This document shows, piece after piece, positions 32,339-41,406 of a stretch of 64,000 nt of DNA. Made by a program: the position numbers and the translations under genes. Numbering within the stretch: the stretch's first letter is position 1; each line of letters begins with the position of its first letter. The stretch is from contig BDTW01000021.1 in the NCBI GenBank assembly GCA_002897735.1, positions 70,813 through 134,812 on the forward strand. Direction: 5' to 3'. A model generated the notes under the pieces. The model did not search any database, was not told the origin of the DNA, and saw nothing but the letters and a program-made list of their open reading frames with translations. Source of the stretch: a bacterium BMS3Bbin13 (GTDB lineage Bacteria > Pseudomonadota > Gammaproteobacteria > 21-64-14).

Positions 32339-34672
32339 GTGAGCACCTTCGCGCGGCGCGCCATGGCCCGGCTGCTGCCCGCCGTCCTGCTGATCCTGGC
32401 GGGGGCGGCGCACGCACGCCCGGTCGCGGCTCCCGGCCCGGGGCCGGGCCCAGACCTCGGGCGGCTGCAGCGCAGTCTGGGCGGCGTGCAGCGTGCACTG
32501 AACCGCGGGGTCCGGTCGGACCGCGTTCTGCAGGAACTGCTGGATCGCGCAAACGCGGCGCGCAAGGTCGCCGAGACCTGCATTCAAGAGACCTCGAAGC
32601 AGGCCCGGGCCGTGCAACAGGCCCTGGACACCCTCGGCCCGCGGACTCCGGGCGAGGCACGGCAGGTCACGCGTAAGCGCAATCTGCTGGTGCGCGAGAA
32701 GATCGACGAAGAACAACGCGGCGCGACCTGCCGGCTGCTCCTGTTGAACAGCCGGCAGATCCTGGCCACGATCCGCTCGACGCAGCAGGCGCGTCTAACC
32801 CGGCGCCTGTTCGCCCGCGGGCCCTCGGTGATCACGCTGCTCGCGGAGAATTGGCGTCGGCCGATCGCCTGGTGGCCGGAGACCGCGAAGTTCCTCAATG
32901 CCCACAGCGGGCTCGACCGGCTCGATCCGATGGATTGGGGGGGCTTCGCACTCGCGGTCTTCATCGCCGCGCTGCTCGGCGCGTTGCTCCGGCGTTACTT
33001 GCGCGGGCGCGTCGCACGCGGCCCGGCGGCCGAGAGCTTCGGGGCCCGCTTCAGTTGCGCCCTGCTCGCGACGGCGGCGCGCTATGGACCCGCGCTGGCC
33101 GCCGTCGCCGCTGCCGCCGGCTATCTGTGGCTGGCGATCGGCGACGTCGAGCCGGTACCGCTCGTCGCGGTGCTCGCCTACGGACTATTCGTCTACTTGG
33201 TCCTGGTCGCCTCGATCCGCGTGTTCCTGGCGCCGTGCCGGCCTGCCGTGCCGTACCTGCCGCTCTCACCGGAACTGGGCCGCGCGCTGGCGCGGCGGCT
33301 GCGCGTGTTGGTCGCGTTGCTGGTCGTTGGACTGCTGATGTTTGCCACGGTGCTCTCACAGAGCCTGCCGCGCCCCGCGCTGCAACTGGCCCGTGCCGCC
33401 TACGCGGTGGTCCTGGTGCTCAACGTGGTCTGGATCGTCTGGCTGCTTGGGCGTCTGCCGTACCTCGCGGCCCACGTTCTGCGCCGGATCGTGGTGACCG
33501 CGGTGATGCTCGCGGCCCTCGGGGCGGAGTGGGCCGGCTACCGGAATCTCTCCGTACTCATGCTGCGCGGGCTGCTCGGGACCGGGGCCGCGCTGGTCGC
33601 GATGCTGCTCGTTCGCCGGCTGTTGTTCGACGTGCTCGACGGCCTCGATCAGGGCCGCCACGCCTGGCAGCAGCGTCTGCGTGCCTTCCTGGGCCTGAAG
33701 GGCGAGGAGACCGTCCCCGGCCTGGCTTGGCTGCGCATCCTCGTCGTGATCGCCCTGTGGCTCGGCTTCATCGCCGCAGTGCTGCGCATCTGGACGTCTT
33801 CCGATGCCGGCTTTCTGGCGCTCCTTGGTTATCTCAATGCGTCGATCCCGGTCGGTTCAGCGCACGTCGTGCCGGCGCGGCTACTGCTCGCGGCCGTGAT
33901 GTTCGCTTTGTTCCTCGGCGCCTCGCGCTGGATACGCCGGCGCATGGCCGAACACTGGCTGGTCGGTGTGCGCATGGAACGCGGCGCGCGCGAGGCCCTG
34001 GTGACGATCACCGGCTATGTAAGCTTGGCCGTGGGGCTGCTGGTGGTGCTGTCGGTCGCCGGCGTCAACCTGACCAATCTGGCGATCATCGCCGGGGCCC
34101 TCTCGGTGGGTATCGGCTTCGGGCTGCAGAACATCGTCAACAACTTCGTCTCGGGGATCATCCTGCTCTTCGAGCGTCCCATCAAGACCGGCGACTGGAT
34201 CGTGGTCGGCGACGTCGAAGGCCACGTCAAACGCATCAGCGTCCGCTCGACCATCATCCAGACCTTCGACTGGGCGGACGTCATCGTGCCCAATTCGGAT
34301 TTGATCTCGGGGAAGGTCACCAACTGGATGCTGCGCGATCCGTGGGGCCGGGTGCGAGTGCCGGTGGGCGTGGCCTATGGCAGCGACACCGCACTGGTCA
34401 AGGAACTCCTGCTCGAGGTTGCCAAGGCACACCCGGCCGTGCTCCCGGGCGGCCATGTGCCGGCGCCTATCGTGTTGTTCCTGGGCTTCGGCGACAGCGC
34501 CCTGAACTTCGAGCTGCGCTGTTTCATACGCAACGTCGACCGGCGCATAGGTGTCCTCAGCGATTTAAATTTTGCGGTCGACGCCGTGTTTCGTGCGCAC
34601 GATGTGGAAATCCCGTTCCCGCAGCGTGACTTGCACGTGCGCGATTGGCAACCGCCGCCGGGGCCGGGATAG
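32339..34672 (+). CDS. MscK/KefA-like mechanosensitive channel (MscS family with a large N-terminal periplasmic/TM extension)
   Basis: Signal peptide, multiple TM helices and the MscS core (…GIILLFERPIKTGDWIVVGDVEGHVKRISVRSTIIQTFD…). Confidence 0.85.
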   Translation: MSTFARRAMARLLPAVLLILAGAAHARPVAAPGPGPGPDLGRLQRSLGGVQRALNRGVRSDRVLQELLDRANAARKVAETCIQETSKQARAVQQALDTLGPRTPGEARQVTRKRNLLVREKIDEEQRGATCRLLLLNSRQILATIRSTQQARLTRRLFARGPSVITLLAENWRRPIAWWPETAKFLNAHSGLDRLDPMDWGGFALAVFIAALLGALLRRYLRGRVARGPAAESFGARFSCALLATAARYGPALAAVAAAAGYLWLAIGDVEPVPLVAVLAYGLFVYLVLVASIRVFLAPCRPAVPYLPLSPELGRALARRLRVLVALLVVGLLMFATVLSQSLPRPALQLARAAYAVVLVLNVVWIVWLLGRLPYLAAHVLRRIVVTAVMLAALGAEWAGYRNLSVLMLRGLLGTGAALVAMLLVRRLLFDVLDGLDQGRHAWQQRLRAFLGLKGEETVPGLAWLRILVVIALWLGFIAAVLRIWTSSDAGFLALLGYLNASIPVGSAHVVPARLLLAAVMFALFLGASRWIRRRMAEHWLVGVRMERGAREALVTITGYVSLAVGLLVVLSVAGVNLTNLAIIAGALSVGIGFGLQNIVNNFVSGIILLFERPIKTGDWIVVGDVEGHVKRISVRSTIIQTFDWADVIVPNSDLISGKVTNWMLRDPWGRVRVPVGVAYGSDTALVKELLLEVAKAHPAVLPGGHVPAPIVLFLGFGDSALNFELRCFIRNVDRRIGVLSDLNFAVDAVFRAHDVEIPFPQRDLHVRDWQPPPGPG

Positions 34673-34681
34673 CAGGGGGTG

Positions 34682-35308
34682 CTACGCCGCGCCTTCCAGG
34701 CACCGTTCGCGGTAGCCGATGGCGAGCAGGAAGAGGTCGATGCAGCGGTCCACCAGTTGATGCAGAGGGATGTCCCGGTACCGCTCGGAGCGGTAGACGC
34801 ACTTCACGTAGAGGACCTCGCGCAGCATCCCCTGGAACATCAGGCTCGCGCTCGGCACGTCCACCGGCGCCGCTTTGCCCTGTGGCGCGAGTTCGCGAAT
34901 CCCCAGCTCGATGTAATCGGAAAAATGCTTCCAGCGGTTCTCGAAGAACCGGCCTGCAAACGGGTTGCCTTCGAGCACCGCGTGCATTTCCATGCGCAGG
35001 AAGTCCGGATCCGCGGCGACGCTGTCGACGAAGGTGCGGGCGATGCGGCGCAGCACGCTGGCGAAATCGGAGGGTCCGCGCAGCACCGCGTCGACGTAAC
35101 TCTCGCGGCTGCAGGCGGTGGCGTTGATCACCGCCTCATAGAGCGCCTCCTTGGAGGCGAAGTGCTTGTAGAGCGTTGCGGGGCTCACGGCCAGACGCTC
35201 GGCGATGGCGTCCACGGAGACCCCGTGCAGCCCGCTCTCGGCGAACAACGCCTTGGCGGCTTCGAGGATCGTCGCCCTGCGTTGTCCCGCCGACAGGCGT
35301 TTGCCCAC
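34682..35308 (-). CDS. TetR/AcrR-family transcriptional regulator
   Basis: N-terminal TetR HTH (RRATILEAAKALFAESGLHGVSVDAIAERLAVSPATLYKHFASKEALY). Confidence 0.85.
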   Translation of the reverse strand: MGKRLSAGQRRATILEAAKALFAESGLHGVSVDAIAERLAVSPATLYKHFASKEALYEAVINATACSRESYVDAVLRGPSDFASVLRRIARTFVDSVAADPDFLRMEMHAVLEGNPFAGRFFENRWKHFSDYIELGIRELAPQGKAAPVDVPSASLMFQGMLREVLYVKCVYRSERYRDIPLHQLVDRCIDLFLLAIGYRERCLEGAA

Positions 35309-35378
35309 GACATCTCCCTCCCGGCTCCGGACCGGGATCGGTCCGGCGGAGACGACCGCCTCCGCCGGCCGGACCGGA

Positions 35379-35609
35379 TCAGTGCTTGCGGATCAGGAAC
35401 ACGAACTCGCTGCCTTGCTCCTGAGAATTCATCAGCTCGTGGCCGGTCTGCTTGCAGAAGGCCTCGAAGTCTTTCACGGCACCGGGATCGGTAGCCACGA
35501 TCTTGAGCACCTGGCCGGCCTGCAGTTCGTTGATGGACTTTTTGGCGCGCAGGATCGGCAGCGGGCAGTTGAGGCCACGGGCATCCAGTTCCGCATCGAA
35601 TTCCGCCAT
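35379..35609 (-). CDS. tusA: TusA-family sulfur carrier protein (second paralogue in the window)
   Basis: MAEFDAELDARGLNCPLPILRAKKSINELQAGQVLKIVATDPGAVKDFEAFCKQTGH carries the CPxP motif; 76 aa. The start is taken at MAEF. Confidence 0.8.
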   Translation of the reverse strand: MAEFDAELDARGLNCPLPILRAKKSINELQAGQVLKIVATDPGAVKDFEAFCKQTGHELMNSQEQGSEFVFLIRKH

Positions 35610-35805
35610 GGGAGTGTCTCCTTCGAGTCTGTTGGGATGGATATCAGGTGCCTGCATCGGGCAGGCGGCGTCGGCGCGGACGGCCCGCGGGGCCGTCAAG
35701 CCGGATAGTAAGTGAACGTTCACTAACCTAGCGCGGATCCGCCCGGCTGTCAAGCCGGGTCCGCCTCTCCCGGCCGGCTCGATCCGATTCGAGTCCGACA
35801 GGTTT

Positions 35806-36276
35806 CTAGCCGGAGCCGAACAGGCGCTGCCACCAGCGCCGCCGCCCGCCGGGCGGCGTCAGCGCCCCGAGGTCCTCGGGGCGGATTCGGGACACGATCC
35901 AGCCCGGGAGCGGGGGGTTGTCGCTGTAGCCGCACGAGACCCCGAGGTTGTGCGGATCGAAGATTTTGATGTAGGTGGGTACCGTAAGGTCATCCACGTA
36001 GACCAGACCGCAGTAGTCCTCCCCGTGCTCGCGGCGCAGCAGGGGATCGATCTCATCGACGAAAGCCAGCAGCTTGCCGGCCGATACCGGGGCGGTCGGG
36101 GGTGCCTCGCCCACCGCGTAGACATACCAGCCGTCGCCGGCCCGGGCGCGCAACACCTCCCAGAAGCGGTCGAGCTGCTCCCAACGCAGGATACCGGTGA
36201 AACAGCCGCGAAAACGCTCCAGGAAGCCCTCCTCCGCCGGAACCGGCCGTGCCGGGATTCGATCCAAATCGTGCAT
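35806..36276 (-). CDS. Hypothetical protein
   Basis: An ORF with coding-like composition, divergent from the bactofilin gene. No recognisable motif, and the start is uncertain (36276 or 36342). Confidence 0.4.
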   Translation of the reverse strand: MHDLDRIPARPVPAEEGFLERFRGCFTGILRWEQLDRFWEVLRARAGDGWYVYAVGEAPPTAPVSAGKLLAFVDEIDPLLRREHGEDYCGLVYVDDLTVPTYIKIFDPHNLGVSCGYSDNPPLPGWIVSRIRPEDLGALTPPGGRRRWWQRLFGSG

Positions 36277-36482
36277 CGCTTCGAACCTTTTCGCCGGATT
36301 GATCCCCGGCCGTTGCGCGCCGGGGTGAGAACTGGGTCGCATTTCGGGTACGGTCCCGTTCTATATCCTTATGCTTGCACGACGCCGTGACCGGGTTCTT
36401 AATGGTAACAAGCCGTGCGGCGCCGGCTGCCCCGTCCGATACGCGGCGGCGGTCGGCTGCGGCCACCAACGGAGGGTACGAC

Positions 36483-37043
36483 ATGTTCGAGATAAATCCC
36501 ATGAAGCGCAATTCCGGCAAGGATCCCAAGAACGAAGACCGGAGCGACGAACCGTTTCCCATCGACGAGCCCGTGTCCGCCGCCCCGCGGAGCACCCGCG
36601 GCGCCGGTCCGGCCGCCACCATCGGCCCTTCCATCCACCTCAAGGGCGATCTCACGGGGGAGGAGGACCTGGTGATCCAGGGCCACGTCGAGGGGACCAT
36701 CAATCTGAAGCAGAACAACCTCACCGTCGGCGGCAACGGCCGTATCCATGCCAACATCTTCGCCAACACGATCACCGTGGAGGGGGAGCTGCAGGGCGAC
36801 CTGTACGGTACCGAGAAGGTCATTATCCGTCGCACCGGCAACGTACGCGGCAACATCGTCGCCCCGCGCGTGAACCTGGAGGACGGCGCCAAGTTCAAGG
36901 GCAGTATCGAGATGGATCCCAAGGCCGTGGAGTCCGTGGTCGCGCAGGCCCGCCCGGTGCCCGCGGACTCCCGCCCCCTCGAGAACAAGCCCGTGAGCGG
37001 CCCCGGCGCGGGCAAGGACAAGCCGGGCCTCAAGCAGGCATGA
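36483..37043 (+). CDS. Bactofilin (CcmA/BacA-family polymer-forming cytoskeletal protein)
   Basis: Beta-helical bactofilin repeats (IHLKGDLTGEEDLVIQGHVEGTINLKQNNLTVGGNGRIHANIFANTITVEGELQGDLYG…VRGNIVAPRVNLEDGAKFKGSIEM) with disordered termini. Confidence 0.8.
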   Translation: MFEINPMKRNSGKDPKNEDRSDEPFPIDEPVSAAPRSTRGAGPAATIGPSIHLKGDLTGEEDLVIQGHVEGTINLKQNNLTVGGNGRIHANIFANTITVEGELQGDLYGTEKVIIRRTGNVRGNIVAPRVNLEDGAKFKGSIEMDPKAVESVVAQARPVPADSRPLENKPVSGPGAGKDKPGLKQA

Positions 37044-37092
37044 CACGCAGGCCCGCCCGGGACCGCATTGCCCGGACGGCGCGGCGCGAGCC

Positions 37093-37728
37093 GTGAACCC
37101 CATTCCGGTTGCAACCCCGGGCACGAACGAAGGCGCAGCGACGGTCCGCGCCGAGACCAGCAGCCCGCTTTTCGAGGCTCTCGCCGGGGCGCTCGGGGAG
37201 GTCGGGCGCGTCTCGATCCTCGATCTCGGGCCCGCCATCGGCGGCAACATCGAGTTTTTCGGGCGCTTCCCCTGCGCACTGCACATCGCCGACGCGGTGG
37301 GGGCGCTCGCCGGGTTGCGCCCGGAGATCGACCCCGAGACCGGCGCCGTCCGGACCGCGCCGCTGGAGGCCGAGATTCGGCGCCAGCTCCCCGGTGCCGG
37401 GGGCGATACCTTCGACGTGATCCTCGGCTGGGACCTGCTGAACTACCTGGACGGACCGGTATTCTCCGCCTTCGCCGCGCAGTTGCGCCCGCTGCTGCGA
37501 CACGGGACACGCCTGCACGCCTTCCTCTGGTCGCAGCCGCGGATGCCGGTGTTCCCGGCGCGCTTCCGTATCCTCGACGCCGCGCACATGGGCTTCGAGG
37601 CGAGCGACCGGACCCGCGAGTGTCCCCGGTACACCCAGCGCGACCTGGAGCGCCGCCTCCCGGGGTTGCATGTGCAGCGATCGGTGCTCTTGCGCAGCGG
37701 ACTGCAGGAGTACGTGTTCCAGGCCTGA
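37093..37728 (+). CDS. Hypothetical protein with a class-I SAM-methyltransferase-like fold, immediately downstream of bactofilin
   Basis: Motif-I-like ILDLGPAIGGN, an acidic motif-II region FDVILGWDLLNYL and a motif-III-like LRHGTRLHAF. The divergent motif I (LGPAIGG rather than LGCGTG) makes SAM binding uncertain. Confidence 0.45.
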   Translation: MNPIPVATPGTNEGAATVRAETSSPLFEALAGALGEVGRVSILDLGPAIGGNIEFFGRFPCALHIADAVGALAGLRPEIDPETGAVRTAPLEAEIRRQLPGAGGDTFDVILGWDLLNYLDGPVFSAFAAQLRPLLRHGTRLHAFLWSQPRMPVFPARFRILDAAHMGFEASDRTRECPRYTQRDLERRLPGLHVQRSVLLRSGLQEYVFQA

Positions 37729-37996
37729 ACGGAATTGCCCATCGATGTTCCCGACGGCGCCGGGCATACTCCCGCCCGCCTCGATGCAGTGCCGGCCACA
37801 CCTTCGGCATTCTTCGCCTCGTCCCGTGGGCGGCGGGGCGGCCATGCCTTGCGATGAGCGCCGCCGGGAAAACCGCGCCCGCATTTGACGCGCGGCCCCG
37901 AATCCGCTCTACTGCAAGCTCCGTATCAGGACATCACGCCGGAAGGAGTCGGCGTGCGGTCGCGGCGGGGCGGCCGCCGGGCTCACGGAGCACCTA

Positions 37997-38583
37997 TGCA
38001 CCTGGAAGCGCTCGTCGCCACTTATGGATATGCCGCGATCCTCCTGGGGACTCTTCTCGAGGGGGAGGTCGTGGTGCTGGTGGCCGGGTTTCTGGCCCAC
38101 CAGGGGTATCTGGATCCCGGGGGCGTGGTGCTGGCGGCGTTCGCCGGGACCCTGTGTTCGGATCAGCTCGCCTATTTCCTCGGGCGCAGCCGGGGCGGCG
38201 CGGTGCTGGAGCGCCGGCCGGCCTGGAAGGCCAAGGCGGCGCGCGTGTTTGCGCTGCTGCATCGGCGCCGGATCCCGCTGACACTCGGATTTCGCTTCCT
38301 CTATGGGTTGCGCACGGTGACCCCCTTCGTGATCGGCGCGAGCGGTATCCGGCCGCGCGAGTTTGCCCCGTGGAACGTCCTCGGGGCCGCCGTCTGGGCG
38401 GCGGTTCTCACCGGGCTCGGTTACTCGATCGGCGGCGCCCTGACGGTGGTGGTCGCGGATGCACAGCGCTACGAGCTGTGGGCCCTGGCCGGCGTCGCGT
38501 CGCTCGGCGCACTGACCTGGGTCGGCTACGCCCTGCGCGGGCGCTTTGCCGCCAAGGTCGCCGATCCCGACGGCGGCCTGTGA
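37997..38583 (+). CDS. DedA-family membrane protein
   Basis: YGYAAILLGTLLEGEVVVLVAGFLAHQGYL… with the conserved DedA G-x-x-x-RxxxG region (RFLYGLRTVTPFVIGASG). Confidence 0.8.
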
Positions 38584-38605
38584 ACGGCTCTATCGGCCGG
38601 TCTCG

Positions 38606-39010
38606 CTACGAACCCCCAAGTCCGACAGGCCGCCGGGCGTAGGTGCAGTCCAACTCCGATCGAACTGCGGTAATGCCGCTCAGGCCGTCCTCGATCATGG
38701 TCGCCAAAGGTGTGCGTCGGGCGAAGCGGCGATGCGGTGTGTTGATCCACAGCGCTCCCCGGGTCGGATCGCGCGGGCAGGCCGTGCGCAGCGCGTCGGC
38801 GATCCCCACCAGGTGCTCCACCCGTTCCGAGATCTCCGGCGTGTCCGGGAACGGGGTGTCGTCGCGAAACCGCCGCAGGTGTCGTATCCGTATGTCCTCG
38901 GACAGTCCGAGGATCGTCCGTTGGTCCTCCGGGTCGACGCCCCAGCGCTCCAGCAACCGCATGATCCCGCGCGCCACCGTGACTCGCTCTTCGTAACCGA
39001 GTTCGCCCAT
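38606..39010 (-). CDS. DUF2384 protein (Xre/MbcA/ParS-type antitoxin toxin-binding domain), orphan with no adjacent RES/ParT toxin
   Basis: The C-terminal motif ALWINTPHRRFARRTPLATMIEDGLSGITAVRSELD is characteristic of DUF2384. No RES-domain or ParT-like ORF lies downstream on the same strand; DedA abuts it. Confidence 0.6.
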   Translation of the reverse strand: MGELGYEERVTVARGIMRLLERWGVDPEDQRTILGLSEDIRIRHLRRFRDDTPFPDTPEISERVEHLVGIADALRTACPRDPTRGALWINTPHRRFARRTPLATMIEDGLSGITAVRSELDCTYARRPVGLGGS

Positions 39011-39118
39011 TCGGCATCCTCTTCGGGCGGGTATCCCGGGCGGGGGGGAGGACCAAGAATTTCCCGCGGGAGGGCGCCACCCTCGGCACCCGCGACGAAC
39101 CGGTCTGACGCCCCCGGT

Positions 39119-39346
39119 TCAGGTGAACCGGATCAGGAGTACGACGAACAATACGACCAGCAGCAGCGGGATCAGGACCGCCCGCCAGTCTTTGTCTTTC
39201 GCTTGACGACTCTGCTCGAACGCAGCCTTGATCCCGGGTCGGAACCAGAGGATCAGCAGCAACGCCCCGGCTCCCAGCAGGACTTTCCCCAAGGTACCGA
39301 TCGGTTCCACGGCGCCGCGCCTCCGCTGTCCGGATAGTTCCCCCAT
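39119..39346 (-). CDS. Small hypothetical membrane protein (2 predicted TM helices)
   Basis: A 75-codon ORF, hydrophobic at both ends with a basic linker. Weak support. Confidence 0.3.
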   Translation of the reverse strand: MGELSGQRRRGAVEPIGTLGKVLLGAGALLLILWFRPGIKAAFEQSRQAKDKDWRAVLIPLLLVVLFVVLLIRFT

Positions 39347-39455
39347 GCTAACCCCGGCGGCCGGTTCTCAGCCAGGCTCATCTCCGGATTGGAAAGGACC
39401 GGGGCCGTGGGTGGTGGTTCGTCAGTCCGCCGCCCGCCTGTTATGCTCCCCGCCC

Positions 39456-40625
39456 ATGGACGAAACGACCGATGACATCCTGTTTGTGGACCGCCCCGGC
39501 GCGCTCGAGGCGCTGTGCGAGCGCCTGCGCGGCAGCCCATGGCTGGCCCTGGACACCGAGTTCCACCGCGAAACCACCTACCGGCCGCAGTTGTGTCTGG
39601 TGCAGATCGCGACGCCGGATCTGACCGCCTGCATCGATCCCCTGGCGCTCGAGAGCCTCGATCCGCTGCTCGACCTGCTCTATGACGGGGGTGTGCTCAA
39701 GGTGCTGCACGCCCCGCGTCAGGACCTCGAGATCTTCCACTACCTGCGCGGTGCGCCCTTCGCGCCGGTGTTCGATACCCAACTGGCCGCCCCGTTGCTC
39801 GGCCATCCGGATCAGGCGGGTTTCGCCAATCTGGTCGGTGCCATCCTGGGTGTGCGCCTGGCGAAGGCGCACACGCGGGCCGATTGGCGCCGCCGGCCGC
39901 TGCCGGCGGCGCAGCTGCGCTACGCGGGCGACGACGTGCGCTACCTGGCCCCGCTCTACCAGCGCCTGCGCGCCGGATTGGAAGAACACGGGCGCCTCGA
40001 TTGGCTCGACGCCGAGTTCGCGGCACTCAGCGATCCGGCCCGCTACGAAAACCCGCCGGAGCAGGCTTGGCGCAAGCTGCGCGGGGCCGATCGGCTGCGG
40101 GGCCCGAGCCTGGCGGTCTTGCAGGGTCTGGCCGCATGGCGCGAGCGCACCGCGAGCGCCGAGGACCGGCCGCGCGGCTGGCTGGTCAAGGACGACACCC
40201 TGTTCGATCTGGCGCGGATGATGCCCGCCTCCGATCAGGACCTGCGCCATGTGCGCGGGCTCAACGAGGGGGTCGTCCGGCGCCACGGCGTCGCGGTCCT
40301 GGAGAGCATTCGTACCGCGCGCGAGCGAGCGCCCGAGCCGGTCCCTGCGCACCGCGCCGGGCGGCGGCTCGCGCCCGAGGGGGACGCGCTGGTGGACCTG
40401 CTGATGGCCGTCGTGCGCGTGCGGGCGTTGGAGCACCGGCTGAGTCCGGCGGTCCTCGCGCCGCGCCCCGAGATCGAGCGCCTAGTGGCCGGCGATCCCG
40501 GCAGCGTGTTGCATACGGGCTGGCGAAGGGAACTGATCGGCGAGGAACTGGGCCGCGTCCTGCGTGGCGAACAGGCCCTGCGCGTGGCGGAAGGGGCGTT
40601 GTGCGTGGAGCCCGTCGCGCCCTGA
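39456..40625 (+). CDS. rnd: Ribonuclease D
   Basis: The DEDDy 3'-5' exonuclease domain (WLALDTEFHRETTYRPQLCLVQIA…, YAGDDVRYL) plus an HRDC region. The start is the ATG at 39456. Confidence 0.88.
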   Translation: MDETTDDILFVDRPGALEALCERLRGSPWLALDTEFHRETTYRPQLCLVQIATPDLTACIDPLALESLDPLLDLLYDGGVLKVLHAPRQDLEIFHYLRGAPFAPVFDTQLAAPLLGHPDQAGFANLVGAILGVRLAKAHTRADWRRRPLPAAQLRYAGDDVRYLAPLYQRLRAGLEEHGRLDWLDAEFAALSDPARYENPPEQAWRKLRGADRLRGPSLAVLQGLAAWRERTASAEDRPRGWLVKDDTLFDLARMMPASDQDLRHVRGLNEGVVRRHGVAVLESIRTARERAPEPVPAHRAGRRLAPEGDALVDLLMAVVRVRALEHRLSPAVLAPRPEIERLVAGDPGSVLHTGWRRELIGEELGRVLRGEQALRVAEGALCVEPVAP

Positions 40626-40629
40626 AGGT

Positions 40630-41406
40630 TCAGCTGCGCACACCCACCCCGCGGCGCAGCAACTGCAGGCTCACCACGAACAGCACGGCGATGAAGCCGA
40701 GCACGATGCCGTAGGACACGGAGAGCGGGATGTCCGACACCCCCAGGAACCCGTAGCGGAAGGCGTTCACCATGTACAGGATGGGATTGGCGAGCGAGGC
40801 GTGCTGCCAGAACGTCGGCAGCATCTTGATCGAGTAGAAGACCCCGCCCAGATAGGTCAGGGGCGTCAGCACGAAGGTCGGGACGATCGAAATGTCGTCG
40901 AAGCTCTTGGCGAAGACCGCATTGATGAAGCCCGCGAGTGAGAACAGCACCGAGGTCAGGACCACGGTGGTGCACGCCACCAGCGGGTGGCTGATCCCCA
41001 GGTGACTGAAGAACAGCGCGACCACCGTGACGGCGAGCCCCACCGCCAGCCCGCGCGCCAGCCCGCCCGCGACGAAGCCGAGCAGGATGAGGTAGTTCGG
41101 CATCGGCGAGACCAGCAGTTCCTCGATACTGCGCTGGAACTTCGACCCGAAGAACGAGGACACCACATTCGAGTACGAGTTTGTGATCACGGCCATCATG
41201 ATCAGCCCGGGGACGATGAATTCCATATAGTTGAATCCGTCCATCTTCCCGATGCGGGCCCCGATCAGGCGTCCGAAGATGATGAAGTACAGCGAAGTGG
41301 TGATCACGGGCGGCAGGATGGTCTGCACCCAGATCCTGCTGAAGCGCAGGACTTCCTTGATGACTACGGTCTGGAAGGCGATGTATTTCTGGCGGGGCGT
41401 CATCAT
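40630..41406 (-). CDS. ABC-2 type exporter permease (YadH/NodJ-like)
   Basis: Six TM helices with the ABC-2 signature region; 4-bp overlap with the upstream ATPase gene. Confidence 0.85.
   Translation of the reverse strand: MMTPRQKYIAFQTVVIKEVLRFSRIWVQTILPPVITTSLYFIIFGRLIGARIGKMDGFNYMEFIVPGLIMMAVITNSYSNVVSSFFGSKFQRSIEELLVSPMPNYLILLGFVAGGLARGLAVGLAVTVVALFFSHLGISHPLVACTTVVLTSVLFSLAGFINAVFAKSFDDISIVPTFVLTPLTYLGGVFYSIKMLPTFWQHASLANPILYMVNAFRYGFLGVSDIPLSVSYGIVLGFIAVLFVVSLQLLRRGVGVRS

Noticed and set aside
38606-39346. A complete toxin-antitoxin pair (DUF2384 antitoxin plus the small membrane ORF as toxin).
   Set aside because: The small ORF is upstream and separated by 108 bp, not in the canonical antitoxin-then-toxin arrangement. 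It has no RES or ParT features. Only orphan-antitoxin status is asserted.
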